Below, in pieces: positions 11,001 to 22,797 of a DNA stretch of 64,000 nucleotides. Position 1 is the stretch's first letter, and every line of letters begins with the position of its first letter. The stretch is from Candidatus Poribacteria bacterium (GTDB lineage: Bacteria > Poribacteria > WGA-4E > WGA-3G), in assembly GCA_964291315.2 (NCBI GenBank), contig OZ219753.1, positions 2,848,001 through 2,912,000 on the forward strand, written 5' to 3'. A model generated the notes under the pieces. The model was not told where the DNA came from. It saw nothing but the letters and a program-made list of their open reading frames with translations, and did no database searches. A program made the position numbers and the translations under genes.

Positions 11001-13904
11001 AGGCGTACCGATGGCGACGATTGAGCCTCCAGCAACGCCGCCTTCTGGTCCTAAGTCGATAAGGTAATCTGCGGAACTAATCACTTCAAGATTGTGTTCT
11101 ACGACAACCACAGTGTTGCCGTCATCTACGAGTCGGTGTAGGATTGTCAGGAGTTTATTCACGTCATCAAAATGTAATCCGGTTGTGGGTTCATCGAGGA
11201 TATAAAGCGTTTTTCCGGTTCCTCGTTTAGAGAGTTCTCTTGAAAGTTTGATGCGTTGTGCTTCGCCGCCGGAGAGTGTGGGTGCGGGTTGTCCGAGTTT
11301 AATGTAATCTAGACCGACATCGTGAAGGAGTTTCAATCCCCGGGCGATTTTGGGGATATCGGCGAAATGTGCTAGGGCGGTATCGATATCCATTTCTAGG
11401 ACTTCGGCAATGTTTTTGCCTTTATATTTGATAGCGAGGGTTTCGGTGTTGAAGCGTTTTCCGTTGCACACTTCACACTCAACCCAGACATCAGAGAGGA
11501 GTCCCATATCGACTTTTTTTGCGCCGTTGCCGCGGCATGCTTCGCATCTGCCGCCGGTGACGTTGAAGCTAAACCGTCCTGGTTTATAGCCTCTCAGCTT
11601 TGCGTCGGGCAAGCCGGCGTATAGCGACCGAATTGGATCGAAGACCTTTGTATAGGTTGCGGCATTAGACCGCGGTGTGCGTCCAATTGGTGCCATGTTA
11701 ATGTTAATAATTTTGTCGAGGATGTGGGAGACAGGCACGTTCTGTTTTTTGATGACTCCTTGGATTTTATCATGGTGCCCTGGTACTGTCTTTGCCTTCA
11801 TGAGATCTCGGGCGAGAGCGCTGTAAAGGATGTCGTGAATTAAGGAGCTCTTTCCGGAACCGCTCACCCCTGTCACGCAGCAGAGCGTGCCGATGGGTAT
11901 TTTAGGGTTGATTCCTTTGAGGTTGTTTTGGCGTGCGTTATAGACTTGTATCCACTTTTCTCCTGTTGAACGGCGTGTTTCTGGTTGCACGATCGTTTTG
12001 TCGCCTCGAAGGTATTGTGCGGTGAGCGTATTGCTCTCTTTCATGAATTGGGCAGGGGTTCCCATGTCGGTCACTTTTCCGCCCTTAATACCTGCTCCGG
12101 GCCCGAAATCGACTATCCAGTCGGCTACGAGCATTGTCGCTTCGTCATGTTCGACGACGATGACGGTGTTTCCTTGGTTGCGGAGGTTTATGAGGGTTGT
12201 GAGGAGTCCTGCGTGGTCCCGAGGGTGTAGTCCGATGCTTGGTTCATCGAGAACGTAGGTGACATCGCGTAGTCCTGCTCCTACCTGACTGGCGAGTCGG
12301 ATGCGTTGTGCTTCGCCGCCGGAGAGGGTTGGTGCGGACCGCGCCAGGGTTAGGTAGCCTAGTCCGACCTTTATGAGGAATCCGAGTCTGCCGCGGATCT
12401 CCTTAAGGAGCTCTTGGGCGATGAATGTCTCGTGTTCGGGGAGCGACAAGGTTTCGAAAAATTCGGAGGCGCATTGGATAGACATCTCTAGAATATCGGT
12501 TATAGGTGCATTATTGAGCGTCACCGCTTTGATCCAGGCGTTCAGTCGGGTTCCCTCACAGGATCGGCAGGGCATTTTTACAAAATAGTCAGGAAACTGC
12601 TCTTCGTCGTTTTCATCGTTGTTTTCGGCGCGGTGTTTTTGTTCTGCAGCGGGTATGATACCGCGAAACTGGATACGGTGTCGTCGTTTTCGCTTTTGGG
12701 ATGTGCTTGTCTGTGGTGTGATGATTGTAAGGATGTCGTCGCCTGTGCCGTATAGAATTGCCTGCTGTTGTTCGGTAGTGAGGTCTTTCCACGGTGTTGT
12801 GACATCGAATTCGAGGTGTTTTGCGAGTGCTTCTGTTAGCGATTTTTCGGTGACACGGTTTCGTTTATTTAGGGGTCCCCACAGACGGATGGCTCCTTTC
12901 ATAATGGAGCGTGTATTGTCTGAGATAATTAGCTCCGGTAAAATTCCCATTCGTGTGCCTAAGCCACTGCAATCGTTACACATTCCATCGGGGTTGTTGA
13001 AGGAGAAGTGTCGGGGTTCGGGCTTCACGTAACTAACCTGACAGGCTGAACAGCTGTAGTGTTCACTAAACAGTAAGTCATTTTCTGCGGGCATGAATGT
13101 GGCGTTCCGATTTTCGGTTGGAACGATATGGACGAGCATACTGCCGTTTCCGTGCAACAGTGCGGCGTTTACGGCTTCGGTGATGCGAGGCTCAATGTCG
13201 TCTTTAATGATAATCCGATCGATGATAATGTCGATATCGTGGCGTTGGTTGCGACTGAGGACGAAGCCTGGGTGCAGTTCATGTATTTCGCTATCGATGC
13301 GTAAACGTGCAACGCCGGCATTTCTTAAATCCTCAATTTCTTTTTCGTGTGCGCCGCGGGATCTTCGCGCAAAGGGGGCTAAGATGACAAATCTTGTGCG
13401 TTTCGGGTAGTTAAGCAGGGTTTTGACAATGTCTGAGGTTGTTTGTGAGCCGACTTCTCCGCCGCATGTAGGGCAGTGGAATTGTCCCACGCGGGCGTAG
13501 AGGACGCGCAGGTAGTCATAGATCTCGGTTACTGTTGCAACTGTGGAACGTGGGTTGTGTCCTGTTGAGCCTTGATTAATAGCAATAGAGGGAGATAAAC
13601 CAATAATTTCGTCTACATCAGGCTTCCTGAGTTGCCCCAGAAATTGCCGTGCATAGGCCGATAGAGATTCTATATAGCGGCGCTGTCCTTCCGCGTAGAC
13701 GGTGTCAATTGCCAGTGAAGACTTGCCGGAACCGCTAACGCCCGTAAAGACGATGAGCTTATCTTTTGGAAGTTGGATGTCGATGTTTCTGAGGTTGTGT
13801 TCTCGCGCACCTTGTACATGAATTGACTCTTCTGTCATCGCAGAGCTCCCAATGGTTGTTTGAGTTGCAGGTTTTTGTGCGTGTGCCTGTATTTTTTCGC
13901 GCAT
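8091..13904 (-). CDS. uvrA: Excinuclease ABC subunit A, double-length (two fused UvrA units; likely start 13838)
   Basis: Four Walker A motifs (GVSGSGKS x2, [16 protein letters not shown]), four LSGGE signatures, CxxC Zn modules, 'YAEGQRRY' twice. Confidence 0.95.
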   Translation of the reverse strand: MREKIQAHAQKPATQTTIGSSAMTEESIHVQGAREHNLRNIDIQLPKDKLIVFTGVSGSGKSSLAIDTVYAEGQRRYIESLSAYARQFLGQLRKPDVDEIIGLSPSIAINQGSTGHNPRSTVATVTEIYDYLRVLYARVGQFHCPTCGGEVGSQTTSDIVKTLLNYPKRTRFVILAPFARRSRGAHEKEIEDLRNAGVARLRIDSEIHELHPGFVLSRNQRHDIDIIIDRIIIKDDIEPRITEAVNAALLHGNGSMLVHIVPTENRNATFMPAENDLLFSEHYSCSACQVSYVKPEPRHFSFNNPDGMCNDCSGLGTRMGILPELIISDNTRSIMKGAIRLWGPLNKRNRVTEKSLTEALAKHLEFDVTTPWKDLTTEQQQAILYGTGDDILTIITPQTSTSQKRKRRHRIQFRGIIPAAEQKHRAENNDENDEEQFPDYFVKMPCRSCEGTRLNAWIKAVTLNNAPITDILEMSIQCASEFFETLSLPEHETFIAQELLKEIRGRLGFLIKVGLGYLTLARSAPTLSGGEAQRIRLASQVGAGLRDVTYVLDEPSIGLHPRDHAGLLTTLINLRNQGNTVIVVEHDEATMLVADWIVDFGPGAGIKGGKVTDMGTPAQFMKESNTLTAQYLRGDKTIVQPETRRSTGEKWIQVYNARQNNLKGINPKIPIGTLCCVTGVSGSGKSSLIHDILYSALARDLMKAKTVPGHHDKIQGVIKKQNVPVSHILDKIININMAPIGRTPRSNAATYTKVFDPIRSLYAGLPDAKLRGYKPGRFSFNVTGGRCEACRGNGAKKVDMGLLSDVWVECEVCNGKRFNTETLAIKYKGKNIAEVLEMDIDTALAHFADIPKIARGLKLLHDVGLDYIKLGQPAPTLSGGEAQRIKLSRELSKRGTGKTLYILDEPTTGLHFDDVNKLLTILHRLVDDGNTVVVVEHNLEVISSADYLIDLGPEGGVAGGSIVAIGTPEQVAEIPESYTGQALRGDFDIWRDAKQRLIEPELASLFEQKQQRTTTITVQGASENNLKNVNVDIPHRKMTTLTGVSGSGKTSLALDTIYAEGQRRYIETLSTYARQFIGQKGKPKVSKIEGLSPAIAISHANAGQNPRSTVATITEIHDGLRTLYAKWGKPHCPDCRKPVCSQTAEEITSRIFQIAHKQRVDVLAPLTNFILIPTSETRETAGKIIDINVNEAAYGIDGHEDYTNVFRRLQKAGFVRIQIDGEIHRLDEVPTLSRGIHHEISIVIDRVELVDEEKSRFMEAIELALRQSGGFVLIEENKHSRKSARHFFSEHAMCPNCGSNFGQLTPRHFSFNNKIGACDSCNGRGRNTYPPYNLCNECQGTRLKPFPRCVMFQGTTIAELMTLSITEIIESLDARLKQIEAQIADMDVETKQRNQQSATSVSISRATHPALHLHTSPEFEAEVLAQIQARLQFLEDIGLGYLALDRGAPTLSGGEMRRIHLASQLGTGLTGVTYILDEPSIGLHPRDQQRLIAALKQLRNIGNSVLVVEHDRDTILASDHVIDFGPRAGKNGGEITAVGTPDTFTQEPPTIQEQNQKTSLKSLTQAYLSNQVKIPIPKTRRKGTGKELAIYGARTNNLKDINVKIPLGTLTCVTGVSGCGKSSLVEGTLKPALETRKSIKTAERAELRYSYYTTDGQREPIYNDYGLPEYKSIRGISHIKRLINVDQKAIGETPRSNPATYTDLFTKIRALFAEQHDAKTRGFNMEFFSFNLAAGQCYVCEGQRFNRVEMHFLPDVWMPCEACNSTGYNDETLEIRYKGKNIAEVLDMTVDEALNFFTENSPICRTLQMLADVGLGYIQLGQSATTLSGGEAQRVKLAKELARQHKRSTLYIMDEPTTGLHFDDIQKLLKVLNRLVDTGNTIIAVEHNIDVIKSADWIIDLGPEGSKNGGEVVAIGTPEQVANNQTSHTARFLRDTL

Positions 13905-13907
13905 CTG

Positions 13908-14840
13908 TTATATGTCCATGAAGCCGCCTAGTTCTTTAAGTTTACGAGCGTCTCTGCGCCAGTCGGCTTTGACTGTTACGTAGATTTCTAGAAAGACGCG
14001 GGCATCTAAGAATTTTTCAATATCCATGCGAGCGAGTTGCCCGATCCGTTTTACCAACCTTCCGTTTTTACCGATAATAATCTGCTTCTGTGTCTGTCGT
14101 TCTGCGTAAACTACGGCGCGGATATAGATAATTTCACTAGATTTATTGGTTTGGCGTTTCTCGAATTCTTCGATGACGACAGCGGAGGCGTATGGAATTT
14201 CGCGTTTCGTCAGGAGCATAATTTTCTCACGAACGGTTTCTGCGATAAAAAAGCGTTCGGGGAGATCGCTGATTTGTTCTTCTGGGAAGTAAAGAGGACC
14301 TAGTGGCAGGTAGTTGCGTATCTGTTCAAGGAGGAGTGGAACCCCGTCGGTTGTTAGTGCGGAAATAGGTATCATTTGTGCGAATTCAAATTTCTGATTG
14401 TAATCTTCAAAGATAGGGAGTAGGGTTGGTTTTGAAACGAGATCCACCTTATTCAACACAAGGATCGCTGTGGACTGGATACGGTGGAGACGTTTTAAAA
14501 TTCTGGCTTCCATTTGGGTATCAGGATGGGCAACGTCAACGACAAAAAGGACGACATCGGCGTTTTCCAAAGCGTTATAGGCTGTGCGAACCATCTCGCT
14601 CTGCAAACGGTATTTCGGGTTCATTAATCCCGGCGTATCAACAAAAATGATTTGATAGGTATCCGCGGTGACAATTCCACGGATCTGATTTCGAGTTGTC
14701 TGGGGTTTCGGGGTGACGATGGCTAATTTCTGACCTAAAAAGGCGTTGAGTAAGGTCGATTTGCCGACGTTGGGGGCACCGATGATGCTAGCGTAACCGG
14801 ATTTAAAATTTTGGGTTTCGTGCATAATTTTTGATGGCAA
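13908..14840 (-). CDS. era: GTPase Era
   Basis: GAPNVGKST, 'KPQTTR', DTPG, NKVD, C-terminal KH domain 'IIIGKNG'. Confidence 0.96.
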   Translation of the reverse strand: MPSKIMHETQNFKSGYASIIGAPNVGKSTLLNAFLGQKLAIVTPKPQTTRNQIRGIVTADTYQIIFVDTPGLMNPKYRLQSEMVRTAYNALENADVVLFVVDVAHPDTQMEARILKRLHRIQSTAILVLNKVDLVSKPTLLPIFEDYNQKFEFAQMIPISALTTDGVPLLLEQIRNYLPLGPLYFPEEQISDLPERFFIAETVREKIMLLTKREIPYASAVVIEEFEKRQTNKSSEIIYIRAVVYAERQTQKQIIIGKNGRLVKRIGQLARMDIEKFLDARVFLEIYVTVKADWRRDARKLKELGGFMDI

Positions 14841-14888
14841 AGTTGCTTTGCGATATTGCGATATGTTGAGGCAGTGATTTCGATATCT

Positions 14889-14917
14889 ATTATATCATTT
14901 CTGCTTGTGAAAGTCAA
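14889..14917 (-). promoter_or_regulatory. Sigma70-type promoter for era-uvrA
   Basis: TTGACT-N17-TATAAT on the minus strand. Confidence 0.7.
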
Positions 14918-15014
14918 AGGCAATGCTGAAAAATTCAGGAGACGTATCGAGGTGTCCGTCATTTTCAGTGAGCGGTTCCTCTTTGGCGTTTCTTATAATA
15001 AATATATTTCAGTG

Positions 15015-15629
15015 TTAGGTGTTTTGTTCCTCAATTTGATGCAATGCCTCACTGATGTAGCGTCGGATCCATTCGCTATTAGTGGTTTCGGCCAATGTGT
15101 TGAGTGCGGAAACGGCTTGCGGGTTGCCGATTCGACCTAGAGCGACGACGGCGGCAGAACAGACAGCTCTGTCGGGGTCTGTTATGCTATTTATGAGCGT
15201 GTCTATTATCTGAATAGGTGGCGTTGAGAATCTGTCTTCACTGAGTCCTAGTTGGCCGAGGGCAACGACGGCTGCGCATCTCATATCGGCTTCTTCGTCT
15301 TGTATGAAGGGAATGAGGACCTCAGCGGTAGTGGTATCGCCGATCTTTCCAAGCGAGGAAATAGCGAAACGGCGGACATTTGTGCTGTTATCGTTTAGAG
15401 CGTTGATGAGCGGGGCGACGGCATGGATATCGCCAACCCCTCCTAACCCTTCGGCAGCGTATGCCCGCATTTCTGCGGATTCCGAGCGCAGCTTTCGCAG
15501 CAATAGATGTGTCGGGATATATCGCCAATTCCGGACGGGTCCGTCTTGATGCAGCAGCCCCTTAATGAATTTGTGTGCCTTTTGCTTTAGAGACAAACTT
15601 GAGGCGGAGTCTACAGTTTCGGGGAGCAT
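15015..15629 (-). CDS. HEAT/PBS-lyase repeat protein
   Basis: Repeated 'RxxAxxxLGxIGD' units. Confidence 0.85.
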   Translation of the reverse strand: MLPETVDSASSLSLKQKAHKFIKGLLHQDGPVRNWRYIPTHLLLRKLRSESAEMRAYAAEGLGGVGDIHAVAPLINALNDNSTNVRRFAISSLGKIGDTTTAEVLIPFIQDEEADMRCAAVVALGQLGLSEDRFSTPPIQIIDTLINSITDPDRAVCSAAVVALGRIGNPQAVSALNTLAETTNSEWIRRYISEALHQIEEQNT

Positions 15630-15842
15630 GGGTCACCTCTATTGTGTTATGGCATTGGAAGTTCGATCCAAATACAGTGGATACTCAGTAACGTCTGCTT
15701 TTTGATGTGCAAGATCGGGCATTAATCAGTCGCTTATATGCGTTGTGTCTACCGATTTTGTGAGTTTCTCGGAATACCTCCAAAAATGATTATACCATAG
15801 ACTCTATCTGAATAACAATCTTTTAACTCAGATTTTCCAGTG

Positions 15843-17036
15843 TTAAAGTTTGCTACCTAATTCGTTGGCGATGGTATAGACGTCTTTATCGCCGCGTCCA
15901 GAGAGGCAAACGACAATAATCTTATTCTTTCCTAGTCTAGGGGCGAGCTTTCGCAAATAGGCGATGGCATGTGCGGATTCTAACGCTGGAATGATGCCTT
16001 CTGTCTCTGATAGCAATTGGAATCCTTCTACTGCTTCGGCATCGGTAATTGGGACGTATTCCGCTCGCCGGCTTTCGCGGTAATAACTGTGTTCGGGTCC
16101 GACCCCTGGGTAGTCTAATCCTGCTGAGATTGAGTGGGCGGGTGTTATTTGGCCGTCTTCTTCTTGCAAGAGGTAGCACTTCGCGCCGTGAAAGACACCG
16201 ATGCTACCGGCAGTGAGAGGTGCGGCGTGTCGTCGGCTCCGGATACTTTCGCCGGCGGCTTCTACGCCAATGAGTTGAACGGATTTATCGGCATAGAAAG
16301 GGTGGAACATGCCCAATGAGTTGCTCCCGCCGCCGACACAGGCGATGACGGAATCTGGGAGGGTTCCCTCTTGTTTTAATATCTGTGTTCTCGCCTCTTC
16401 GCCGATAACAGATTGGAAGTCTCGGACGATCATTGGATAGGGATGTGCGCCGACAACTGAGCCGAGGAGCAGGTAGGTTGTGCGGACGTTCGTGACCCAG
16501 TCTCGGAAACAGGCGTTAATTGCGTCTTTGAGCGTGCGGGATCCGGAATTAACGGGCACGACTTTGGTACCCATTAATTGCATTCGGAAGACATTGAGTG
16601 CTTGGCGCTCTATATCTTCTTCACCCATATAGACCTCGCATTCCATATCAAACTTGGCGGCGACGGTAGCGGTTGCGACGCCGTGTTGCCCCGCTCCTGT
16701 TTCTGCGATGATCCGTTTTTTGCCCATCCAGCGTGCAAGGAGAATTTGGCCGATCGCGCTGTTAATTTTATGAGCGCCTGTGTGATTCAGGTCTTCGCGT
16801 TTGAGATATATTTTGGCACCGCCGAGGGTTTCTGTCAAATGTTGGGCATAATAGAGGGGGTTGGGTCGCCCGACATACTCACGGAGGTAGTACCGGAACT
16901 CTTTTTGGAAATCGCGGTTATCTTTCATGTCCGCGTATGCTTCTTCTAGTTCTAAAAGGGCGGGCATGAGTGTTTCGGGGACGTATCTGCCTCCGAATTG
17001 TCCAAAATGTCCTGTTGCGTCAGGGAGTTGTTGCAT
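15843..17036 (-). CDS. trpB: Tryptophan synthase beta chain
   Basis: '[15 protein letters not shown]' PLP lysine, 'AETGAGQHG', 'GGGSN', '[11 protein letters not shown]', 'LSGRGDKD'. Confidence 0.97.
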   Translation of the reverse strand: MQQLPDATGHFGQFGGRYVPETLMPALLELEEAYADMKDNRDFQKEFRYYLREYVGRPNPLYYAQHLTETLGGAKIYLKREDLNHTGAHKINSAIGQILLARWMGKKRIIAETGAGQHGVATATVAAKFDMECEVYMGEEDIERQALNVFRMQLMGTKVVPVNSGSRTLKDAINACFRDWVTNVRTTYLLLGSVVGAHPYPMIVRDFQSVIGEEARTQILKQEGTLPDSVIACVGGGSNSLGMFHPFYADKSVQLIGVEAAGESIRSRRHAAPLTAGSIGVFHGAKCYLLQEEDGQITPAHSISAGLDYPGVGPEHSYYRESRRAEYVPITDAEAVEGFQLLSETEGIIPALESAHAIAYLRKLAPRLGKNKIIVVCLSGRGDKDVYTIANELGSKL

Positions 17037-17073
17037 GTGATTTCTCCAATTGCTATTATCGGTTATAGCGTGT

Positions 17074-18090
17074 CTATAAGGTTGTTTTGATAAGTGATTT
17101 TGCTCGCAGGTTCGGCTGTTCTAGAACTGATGGGTTCACAACAGATTTGGGCAATCTACCTGTTAGCACTTGTGCGACACATGTAGCTGCAGTGACCTCC
17201 AGCTCAAGAATTGATTCTTGTGAGATAAAAGCTGCGTGTGGTGTAACGACGACGTTCTCAAGGGTAAGTAGTGTTTCGTTTTTTTCGGGTGGTTCTGTTT
17301 CCAGTACATCTAGCCCGGCGCCTGCGATCTCAGCGTTGCGGAGTGCGATAACGAGTGCTGTGGTGTCTACGATGCCGCCGCGGGCGGTGTTAATTAAGTA
17401 GGCTGTTGGTTTCATTGCTTGAAACTCAGCGTGACTGAACATATGTTGCGTCTCTGAGGTGAGTGGGGCATGGATTGTGATAAAATCAGAGGTTGCGAGG
17501 AGTTCTGGAAATGAAACTTTTTGTGCCCCGTGTTGCTGAATGAATGCGGGGTTGGTGCGTGGCGAATAGATATTGACTGTGAGTCCAAATCCTTTTGCTT
17601 TCGGCAGAATTGCTTGTGCGATCTGTCCAAATCCGATGACCCCGAGCGTTTTGCCCCGGAGTCTATAGATCGCTGGTTGGGTGTTTTGTTCCCATATACC
17701 GGCTCTAATCGCCTGATTGAAGCGTGGGATTTTTCGGGCACATGCGAGTAAAAGTGCCATGGCGTGGTCAGAGACTTCATCAATACAATAGGCGGGGACG
17801 TTTGTGACCAGGATGCCGTGTTGTGTAGCAGCCTCCACGTTGATGTTGTCAATCCCGGTGCCGTAGCGTCCAATAATTTGGCAGTTTTCAGCGGCGGCAA
17901 TCACGGTGGCGTGGATGGGTTTCCAACATGTGAGCATGCCGTGCATCAGGGGTGCGAAGGTGAGGAGTTCTGCCTCGTCGCCTGTCTCCGCTGCGATCAG
18001 CTCGGCTCCGATTTCGGCTAGTACAGTGCGTTCTGGTTCTATGGAGGGCCAAGCGTAATCGGTGATGAGAATTTTCCAGTCATTTTGCAT
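17074..18090 (-). CDS. D-2-hydroxyacid dehydrogenase (CtBP/SerA-like)
   Basis: GFGQIA, 'INTARGG', 'LDVLETEP', 'TPHAAF'. Confidence 0.88.
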   Translation of the reverse strand: MQNDWKILITDYAWPSIEPERTVLAEIGAELIAAETGDEAELLTFAPLMHGMLTCWKPIHATVIAAAENCQIIGRYGTGIDNINVEAATQHGILVTNVPAYCIDEVSDHAMALLLACARKIPRFNQAIRAGIWEQNTQPAIYRLRGKTLGVIGFGQIAQAILPKAKGFGLTVNIYSPRTNPAFIQQHGAQKVSFPELLATSDFITIHAPLTSETQHMFSHAEFQAMKPTAYLINTARGGIVDTTALVIALRNAEIAGAGLDVLETEPPEKNETLLTLENVVVTPHAAFISQESILELEVTAATCVAQVLTGRLPKSVVNPSVLEQPNLRAKSLIKTTL

Positions 18091-18109
18091 GTTTTTATTT
18101 TTGTGATGT

Positions 18110-19492
18110 TTACGAGAAAATCTTACCCGGGTTCATTAAGTTCTGTGGGTCTAGAGCGTGTTTGATAGAGCGCATTAAGTCGACTGCCTCTCCGTGCTCT
18201 TTCTGTAATGCGTTCCGTTTCCCGATCCCGACTCCGTGTTCGCCGGTGCAGGTGCCCTCCATTTCTAGGGCGATGTCTACAATTTGTTGACTGAGGCGTT
18301 GGGCTTCTGCTAATTCGTCGGTATTATCGGGTTGGAGTGCAAAGATGACGTGAAAATTCCCGTCTCCGGCGTGTCCGAGCATCGTGGTTGGAAGGTCGGT
18401 GTGTACAAGTAGTGCCTTCGTTTTAGCGATACACTCAGCGAGTCGGGTGATTGGAACGCAGGCATCGGTGACGTAGCCGGCGGAGCCCGGGCGGCGATCG
18501 AGTGCTGCGTAGTAGCTATCGTATCGGGCTTGCCAGAGTCTTTTACGATCCTTTTCGCCGGTTGCCCATCGGAAGTCTCTGCTGCCATGTGTTGCTGCGA
18601 TTTTACCTGCAATCTCCGAACACTCCGCAACTGTGTTCTCGGATCCGTGAAATTCAAGAAACAGCGTCGGTGCGACTTCATAAGTTACCCCTGCGTATCT
18701 GTTGACGGCATCCATTTGAAGTTCATCTAACAGTTCTATTCGGGCAATACCGGTGCCGGTGTCCATCAAGTTGATAACGGTATTTACTGCGGCTGCTACG
18801 TTTGGAAAAGCACAGACGGCTGCAGCAACTGCTTCCGGCAGCCGTGTTAGCTTGAGCGTGATTTCGGTAATGATTCCCAATGTTCCTTCTGAACCGATAA
18901 AGAGTCGTGTGAGGTCGTAACCTGCAGCGGATTTTCGTGCTCGGCTTCCGGTATGGACGATAGTGCCTTCAGCCGTGGCGATCCTCAGGCCGAGAACGTT
19001 ATCGAGCATCGTGCCGTATCGAACAGCGCTTGTACCGGAGGCGCGTGTTGCGGCCATTCCCCCTAACGAGGCATCAGCACCGGGATCAACGGAGAAGTGG
19101 AGTTGTGTTCCTATTTCTGCAAGGTGCATGTTTAATTGCAGACGCGTCACACCGGACTGGACGGTCGCATCCTTGTCGTTCTGATTGACGCGGAGAATAC
19201 GGTTCATTTCGCTAAGAGCAATGCAAAGCGTGTCTTCAGTTGCAACAACGGCGCCTTCGACACCGGTTCCGGTGCCGTAAGGGACGATGGGCATTTTGTA
19301 TTTTGCGCAGATTTTGACAATTTCTGCGACTTCATCGTTGGTTTTCGGAAAAGCAACTGCGTTTGGCAGCGCGCCGCGATGGTATGAGGCATCACCTGCA
19401 TGTGCGTCTCGGATAGCACTGTCTGTGCTGAAACGGGCGCCGAGCAAGCCGCGGAATTCTTTATGTGCGTGTTTGAGGTTATGGTGGCTCAT
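18110..19492 (-). CDS. FAD-linked oxidase, D-lactate dehydrogenase (cytochrome)/GlcD family
   Basis: 'DPGADASLGGM', 'GYDLTRLFIGSEGTLG', 'GHAGDGNFH', 'GEHGVG', 'MNPGK'. Confidence 0.9.
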   Translation of the reverse strand: MSHHNLKHAHKEFRGLLGARFSTDSAIRDAHAGDASYHRGALPNAVAFPKTNDEVAEIVKICAKYKMPIVPYGTGTGVEGAVVATEDTLCIALSEMNRILRVNQNDKDATVQSGVTRLQLNMHLAEIGTQLHFSVDPGADASLGGMAATRASGTSAVRYGTMLDNVLGLRIATAEGTIVHTGSRARKSAAGYDLTRLFIGSEGTLGIITEITLKLTRLPEAVAAAVCAFPNVAAAVNTVINLMDTGTGIARIELLDELQMDAVNRYAGVTYEVAPTLFLEFHGSENTVAECSEIAGKIAATHGSRDFRWATGEKDRKRLWQARYDSYYAALDRRPGSAGYVTDACVPITRLAECIAKTKALLVHTDLPTTMLGHAGDGNFHVIFALQPDNTDELAEAQRLSQQIVDIALEMEGTCTGEHGVGIGKRNALQKEHGEAVDLMRSIKHALDPQNLMNPGKIFS

Positions 19493-19597
19493 ATTATGGG
19501 TATTTTAGCACAATTTCTGGTTGATAACAAGATGAAAAAGAGGCGATGTTGGGGCGCGTGATTTATTGCAGGGTACAGCTCACACAAATAGAGGGAT

Positions 19598-22500
19598 TTA
19601 CACTGCGGCTGAATCTGAGTCTTGGAAGATCGGGGAAAGGTAGATGGGATCGGCGGGGTTACGGAAGAGAATGTGCCATTTTTCTGCGAATTCTTTTTTA
19701 TCTATGCCCTCTCTGCGGCGGAGAACCTGAAAGTCTGTTCTTGAGATGACAAAGGAATCCATTTGGACGTGTTCGCCGCGGAAACGTTCGTAAGAGAGGT
19801 TGCGCAGTCTTTTAAAAAGGGTAAGTTTTGAGTTATGTTGGTTGATGGCCTCATGCACCATGCCATGTGGTTCTATGAAGACGATGCGTTGTTTGACTCC
19901 TTGCAGGATCCAAAGAATAAAATCGGGATAGAATCCTTCGTTTTCATAAAAGCCGACTCCTTTGCCGCGGCTCTGGTTGCGTAACAAGTAAATTTCTTTC
20001 TGGGGAGTTTTTTGGTTGTATCGATAAAGGTATCTATTCAAATCTTCTATGAAATCTCTTTCGCTGTCTTCCAAAGCAGGTGGAGTAGTACGCCACAAGT
20101 TGTTTCCCATACCTGGGTTTAGAAGGGAACGGTAAAGATGCTCTTCGTTAGTTAAAAGTGGTTGATAGAGATGTTTTTCACTATAAACATTTGGGAGGTC
20201 GGTGAGTTCATCTCCATACATCCCTTCATTTTCCACAAGTCCTTTAATTTTGGAGTCAACTTCCTGTGCTTCGCTTCTCGGAACATGAACAATCCAATCA
20301 GGAAAATTGTTCTCATCCTCGGGGGTTTTACCTAAATGGTGTAATCGAATCCTCTCATCGTTCCAGCGTTTTTGAATGATGCTGTAGTATTTATCGATGT
20401 ATTTTCGGAGGAGCGTGAGGACTAATTCCTCTAAACGTCCAAGTTCTACTACTGATTTCGGTAAGACTTCGGATTCATCCGTGACAGTAAGTTGGTAGAC
20501 AGGGTCATTCGGATTGAGGATCTCTCGGAGGATAGTAATATCAAAAATGAGATTATGGTATCCTCTTTCGTGTTTGTAGGCAATAAGTTTCAGGTAAATT
20601 TTTTCCCAATCTACAAGTGCTAAGCTTGGTTCTGGAATGCAACGCGGGATTGATCCTTCAGCGCGTTCAGTGTGGATACCACGTTGTGAGCTGCTTCCCA
20701 CGATGTCAACCCTTTGAGTTGTGTGGGTGATAATTGTGTCTTTGAGAACTTTAAGGGGTTCGCATCGTCCTTTTGCCCCTTCGTGGTAAGGGAGAGCTTT
20801 CGGCAGAAAGAGTCCTTTATCAATGTAGTCGTCCTTTCGTCTGATTTGAATTGTCAGTTGGACAGGTTCTTCGTATGATACGCCCTCACGCAGGAGGTAA
20901 TCTCGGAATTGCGTCATGAAGTTGGCGCGGACGGCAAAGATGTTTAACGTTTCCAATAGCGATATGTGCGGTGGGTGTTTCCCGTCGAGAGCGGTGCTGC
21001 GTTTAAGACTCCTGTGTCTGCCACGGAGGCGGACCCCTCTTCCGAAGAGCTGGATAATTTGAGAACCTTCTTGTCTGCCGATATTGAGGAGTCCCATCGT
21101 AGTGACGCGCCAGCTGTCCCAGCCCTCAATAAACTTTTTTGCGCCGATCAGTATATTTATTGGGCTGTCGGGGGCGTTGATGTCAGCGAAAAGACTTTCG
21201 GTCAGCGCGTCTTCTGATTCGATGATGACTCCTGCGGCATCCGTATCAACGAGTTTTTTGAAGGCAGCGGTATCTCCGATGTAGATAAGCCCAAACTTGT
21301 GTGTGCCGTGTGTTGTTTTCAGAGCGATCTCGCCCCGTGCGTTTTGAACATCTTGCAAGTGCAAGGTCCCGCTGTGGTTGGTATGGAAGACCTCTTTGAG
21401 GATGCCGCGATAGATGTGTTCAGCGGTTTCGCTGAACGTTTTGAGGTAATTGAGCCGGGCGTGGAAGATATCCGTTCCCGTCTCGTCGGATAACCCGGAA
21501 TTGCCGTTGAGAATTCTCTCAATGTTGCGGATTGTCCAGTTTTCGTGATTCTTTAGGAAACGGTGCAGAAAACGGATGACGTTCAGAACGTCTGAGCGAC
21601 TGCGCCCGCCCTCTGTGTAGACGACATTGCCTGAGACTCTGCTGCCCACGAACGCCCATAAGGGTGCGTCTAATTCATAAGTGCGGACAGCTTCAGTGTT
21701 CTCTTTGAAATATCGGCGTTGTTCGTAGAAGGTGAGGAGGTTGGCTAAAAGGAGCAGCTCGGTTTGTGTGCCTTCGTCGTGTTTAACGTTGAGGATACGG
21801 AAGTTTTTGCCGTATCCGTCTTCATAAAAATACCTGTAGGAGTAGTCAAAGGCGATGGCTTTTCCGTATTCGTCGACGAGGGCGGGGTTTTTGGCTGCTG
21901 CGAGTGCTTGGCCGAAGGTCGCGCTATATTCGAAGGTAAAGCCTGTTTTCCCCAGTTTATCGCGGATGTCGCGCCAGACTTCGCCGCCGCTGCCTTTATG
22001 TCCTTCATCTACGAAGATGAGGTTGTTGCCTTCAAACGCCTCAACTTCGACGCTTTCGCCTTCGCCTGTTTTCTCTTCTACTAATTTTGTGATTTCGATG
22101 ACCTGCAAGGTATCCCGGTTATTTGAGAACCGTCCGCCTTCAGCTTTAAAGCGTTCGCCTCGGATGTCGGAGTTGGCAAGTTCGCGGAGGTGCTGTTCGC
22201 TCAATCCTTCGTTGGGTGTGATAAGGACGACGTGGTCTAACTTTTCTCGGCAATAGTGAAGGAACTGATGGTAGTTGATGTGCATGATGAGGGTTTTGCC
22301 GGCACCAGTCGCCATCCAGAAGGCGAGTTTCTCGAGATCAACGGCTGCGAATTCTGTATCGGTTGGGTCGCCGGGGGCCCTCGCCTCGTTGCGCTGTTGG
22401 ACAAAAACGTTGAGTTGGTGCAAGAGTTGTTCGGGTCTATTGAACTTCCAATCTAAGAAAATTTCTGTGTAGAGCAGTGCGAGGTATTGAAAATAGCGGA

Positions 22501-22780
22501 GGACAATCGGCTCTGAACGTGTGTCGTTTATAGCGGAGAGGTGTCGTTTGATGTTGGCATCGTAAGTGGGGAGGGCTTGTTCAACAATTGAATCTGGTAC
22601 AGCACACGTCATAAGCAGCTCGCAGACGGCGGAACGTCCATTTGCGTTGAAACCCTCGTCGATGTCTTTCACGGCGTTGAGGAGGTGCCGCGTGCTCTTA
22701 TATTGGAAGTGGCTGTTGAGCCATGCGTGTAGGGTAAGATGGGCGCTAAGTGCGCGGTGTGGTGTGTTTCTTCTGGGCAT
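19598..22780 (-). CDS. res: Type III restriction endonuclease Res subunit
   Basis: 'WMATGAGKT', 'DEGH', 'EYSATF', 'EGWD', 'QLFGRGVR', C-terminal 'FYPDFILW...FIEPHG' nuclease. Lies directly downstream of mod. Confidence 0.9.
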   Translation of the reverse strand: MPRRNTPHRALSAHLTLHAWLNSHFQYKSTRHLLNAVKDIDEGFNANGRSAVCELLMTCAVPDSIVEQALPTYDANIKRHLSAINDTRSEPIVLRYFQYLALLYTEIFLDWKFNRPEQLLHQLNVFVQQRNEARAPGDPTDTEFAAVDLEKLAFWMATGAGKTLIMHINYHQFLHYCREKLDHVVLITPNEGLSEQHLRELANSDIRGERFKAEGGRFSNNRDTLQVIEITKLVEEKTGEGESVEVEAFEGNNLIFVDEGHKGSGGEVWRDIRDKLGKTGFTFEYSATFGQALAAAKNPALVDEYGKAIAFDYSYRYFYEDGYGKNFRILNVKHDEGTQTELLLLANLLTFYEQRRYFKENTEAVRTYELDAPLWAFVGSRVSGNVVYTEGGRSRSDVLNVIRFLHRFLKNHENWTIRNIERILNGNSGLSDETGTDIFHARLNYLKTFSETAEHIYRGILKEVFHTNHSGTLHLQDVQNARGEIALKTTHGTHKFGLIYIGDTAAFKKLVDTDAAGVIIESEDALTESLFADINAPDSPINILIGAKKFIEGWDSWRVTTMGLLNIGRQEGSQIIQLFGRGVRLRGRHRSLKRSTALDGKHPPHISLLETLNIFAVRANFMTQFRDYLLREGVSYEEPVQLTIQIRRKDDYIDKGLFLPKALPYHEGAKGRCEPLKVLKDTIITHTTQRVDIVGSSSQRGIHTERAEGSIPRCIPEPSLALVDWEKIYLKLIAYKHERGYHNLIFDITILREILNPNDPVYQLTVTDESEVLPKSVVELGRLEELVLTLLRKYIDKYYSIIQKRWNDERIRLHHLGKTPEDENNFPDWIVHVPRSEAQEVDSKIKGLVENEGMYGDELTDLPNVYSEKHLYQPLLTNEEHLYRSLLNPGMGNNLWRTTPPALEDSERDFIEDLNRYLYRYNQKTPQKEIYLLRNQSRGKGVGFYENEGFYPDFILWILQGVKQRIVFIEPHGMVHEAINQHNSKLTLFKRLRNLSYERFRGEHVQMDSFVISRTDFQVLRRREGIDKKEFAEKWHILFRNPADPIYLSPIFQDSDSAAV

Positions 22781-22797
22781 AGCAGCTCGTTTCGGAT

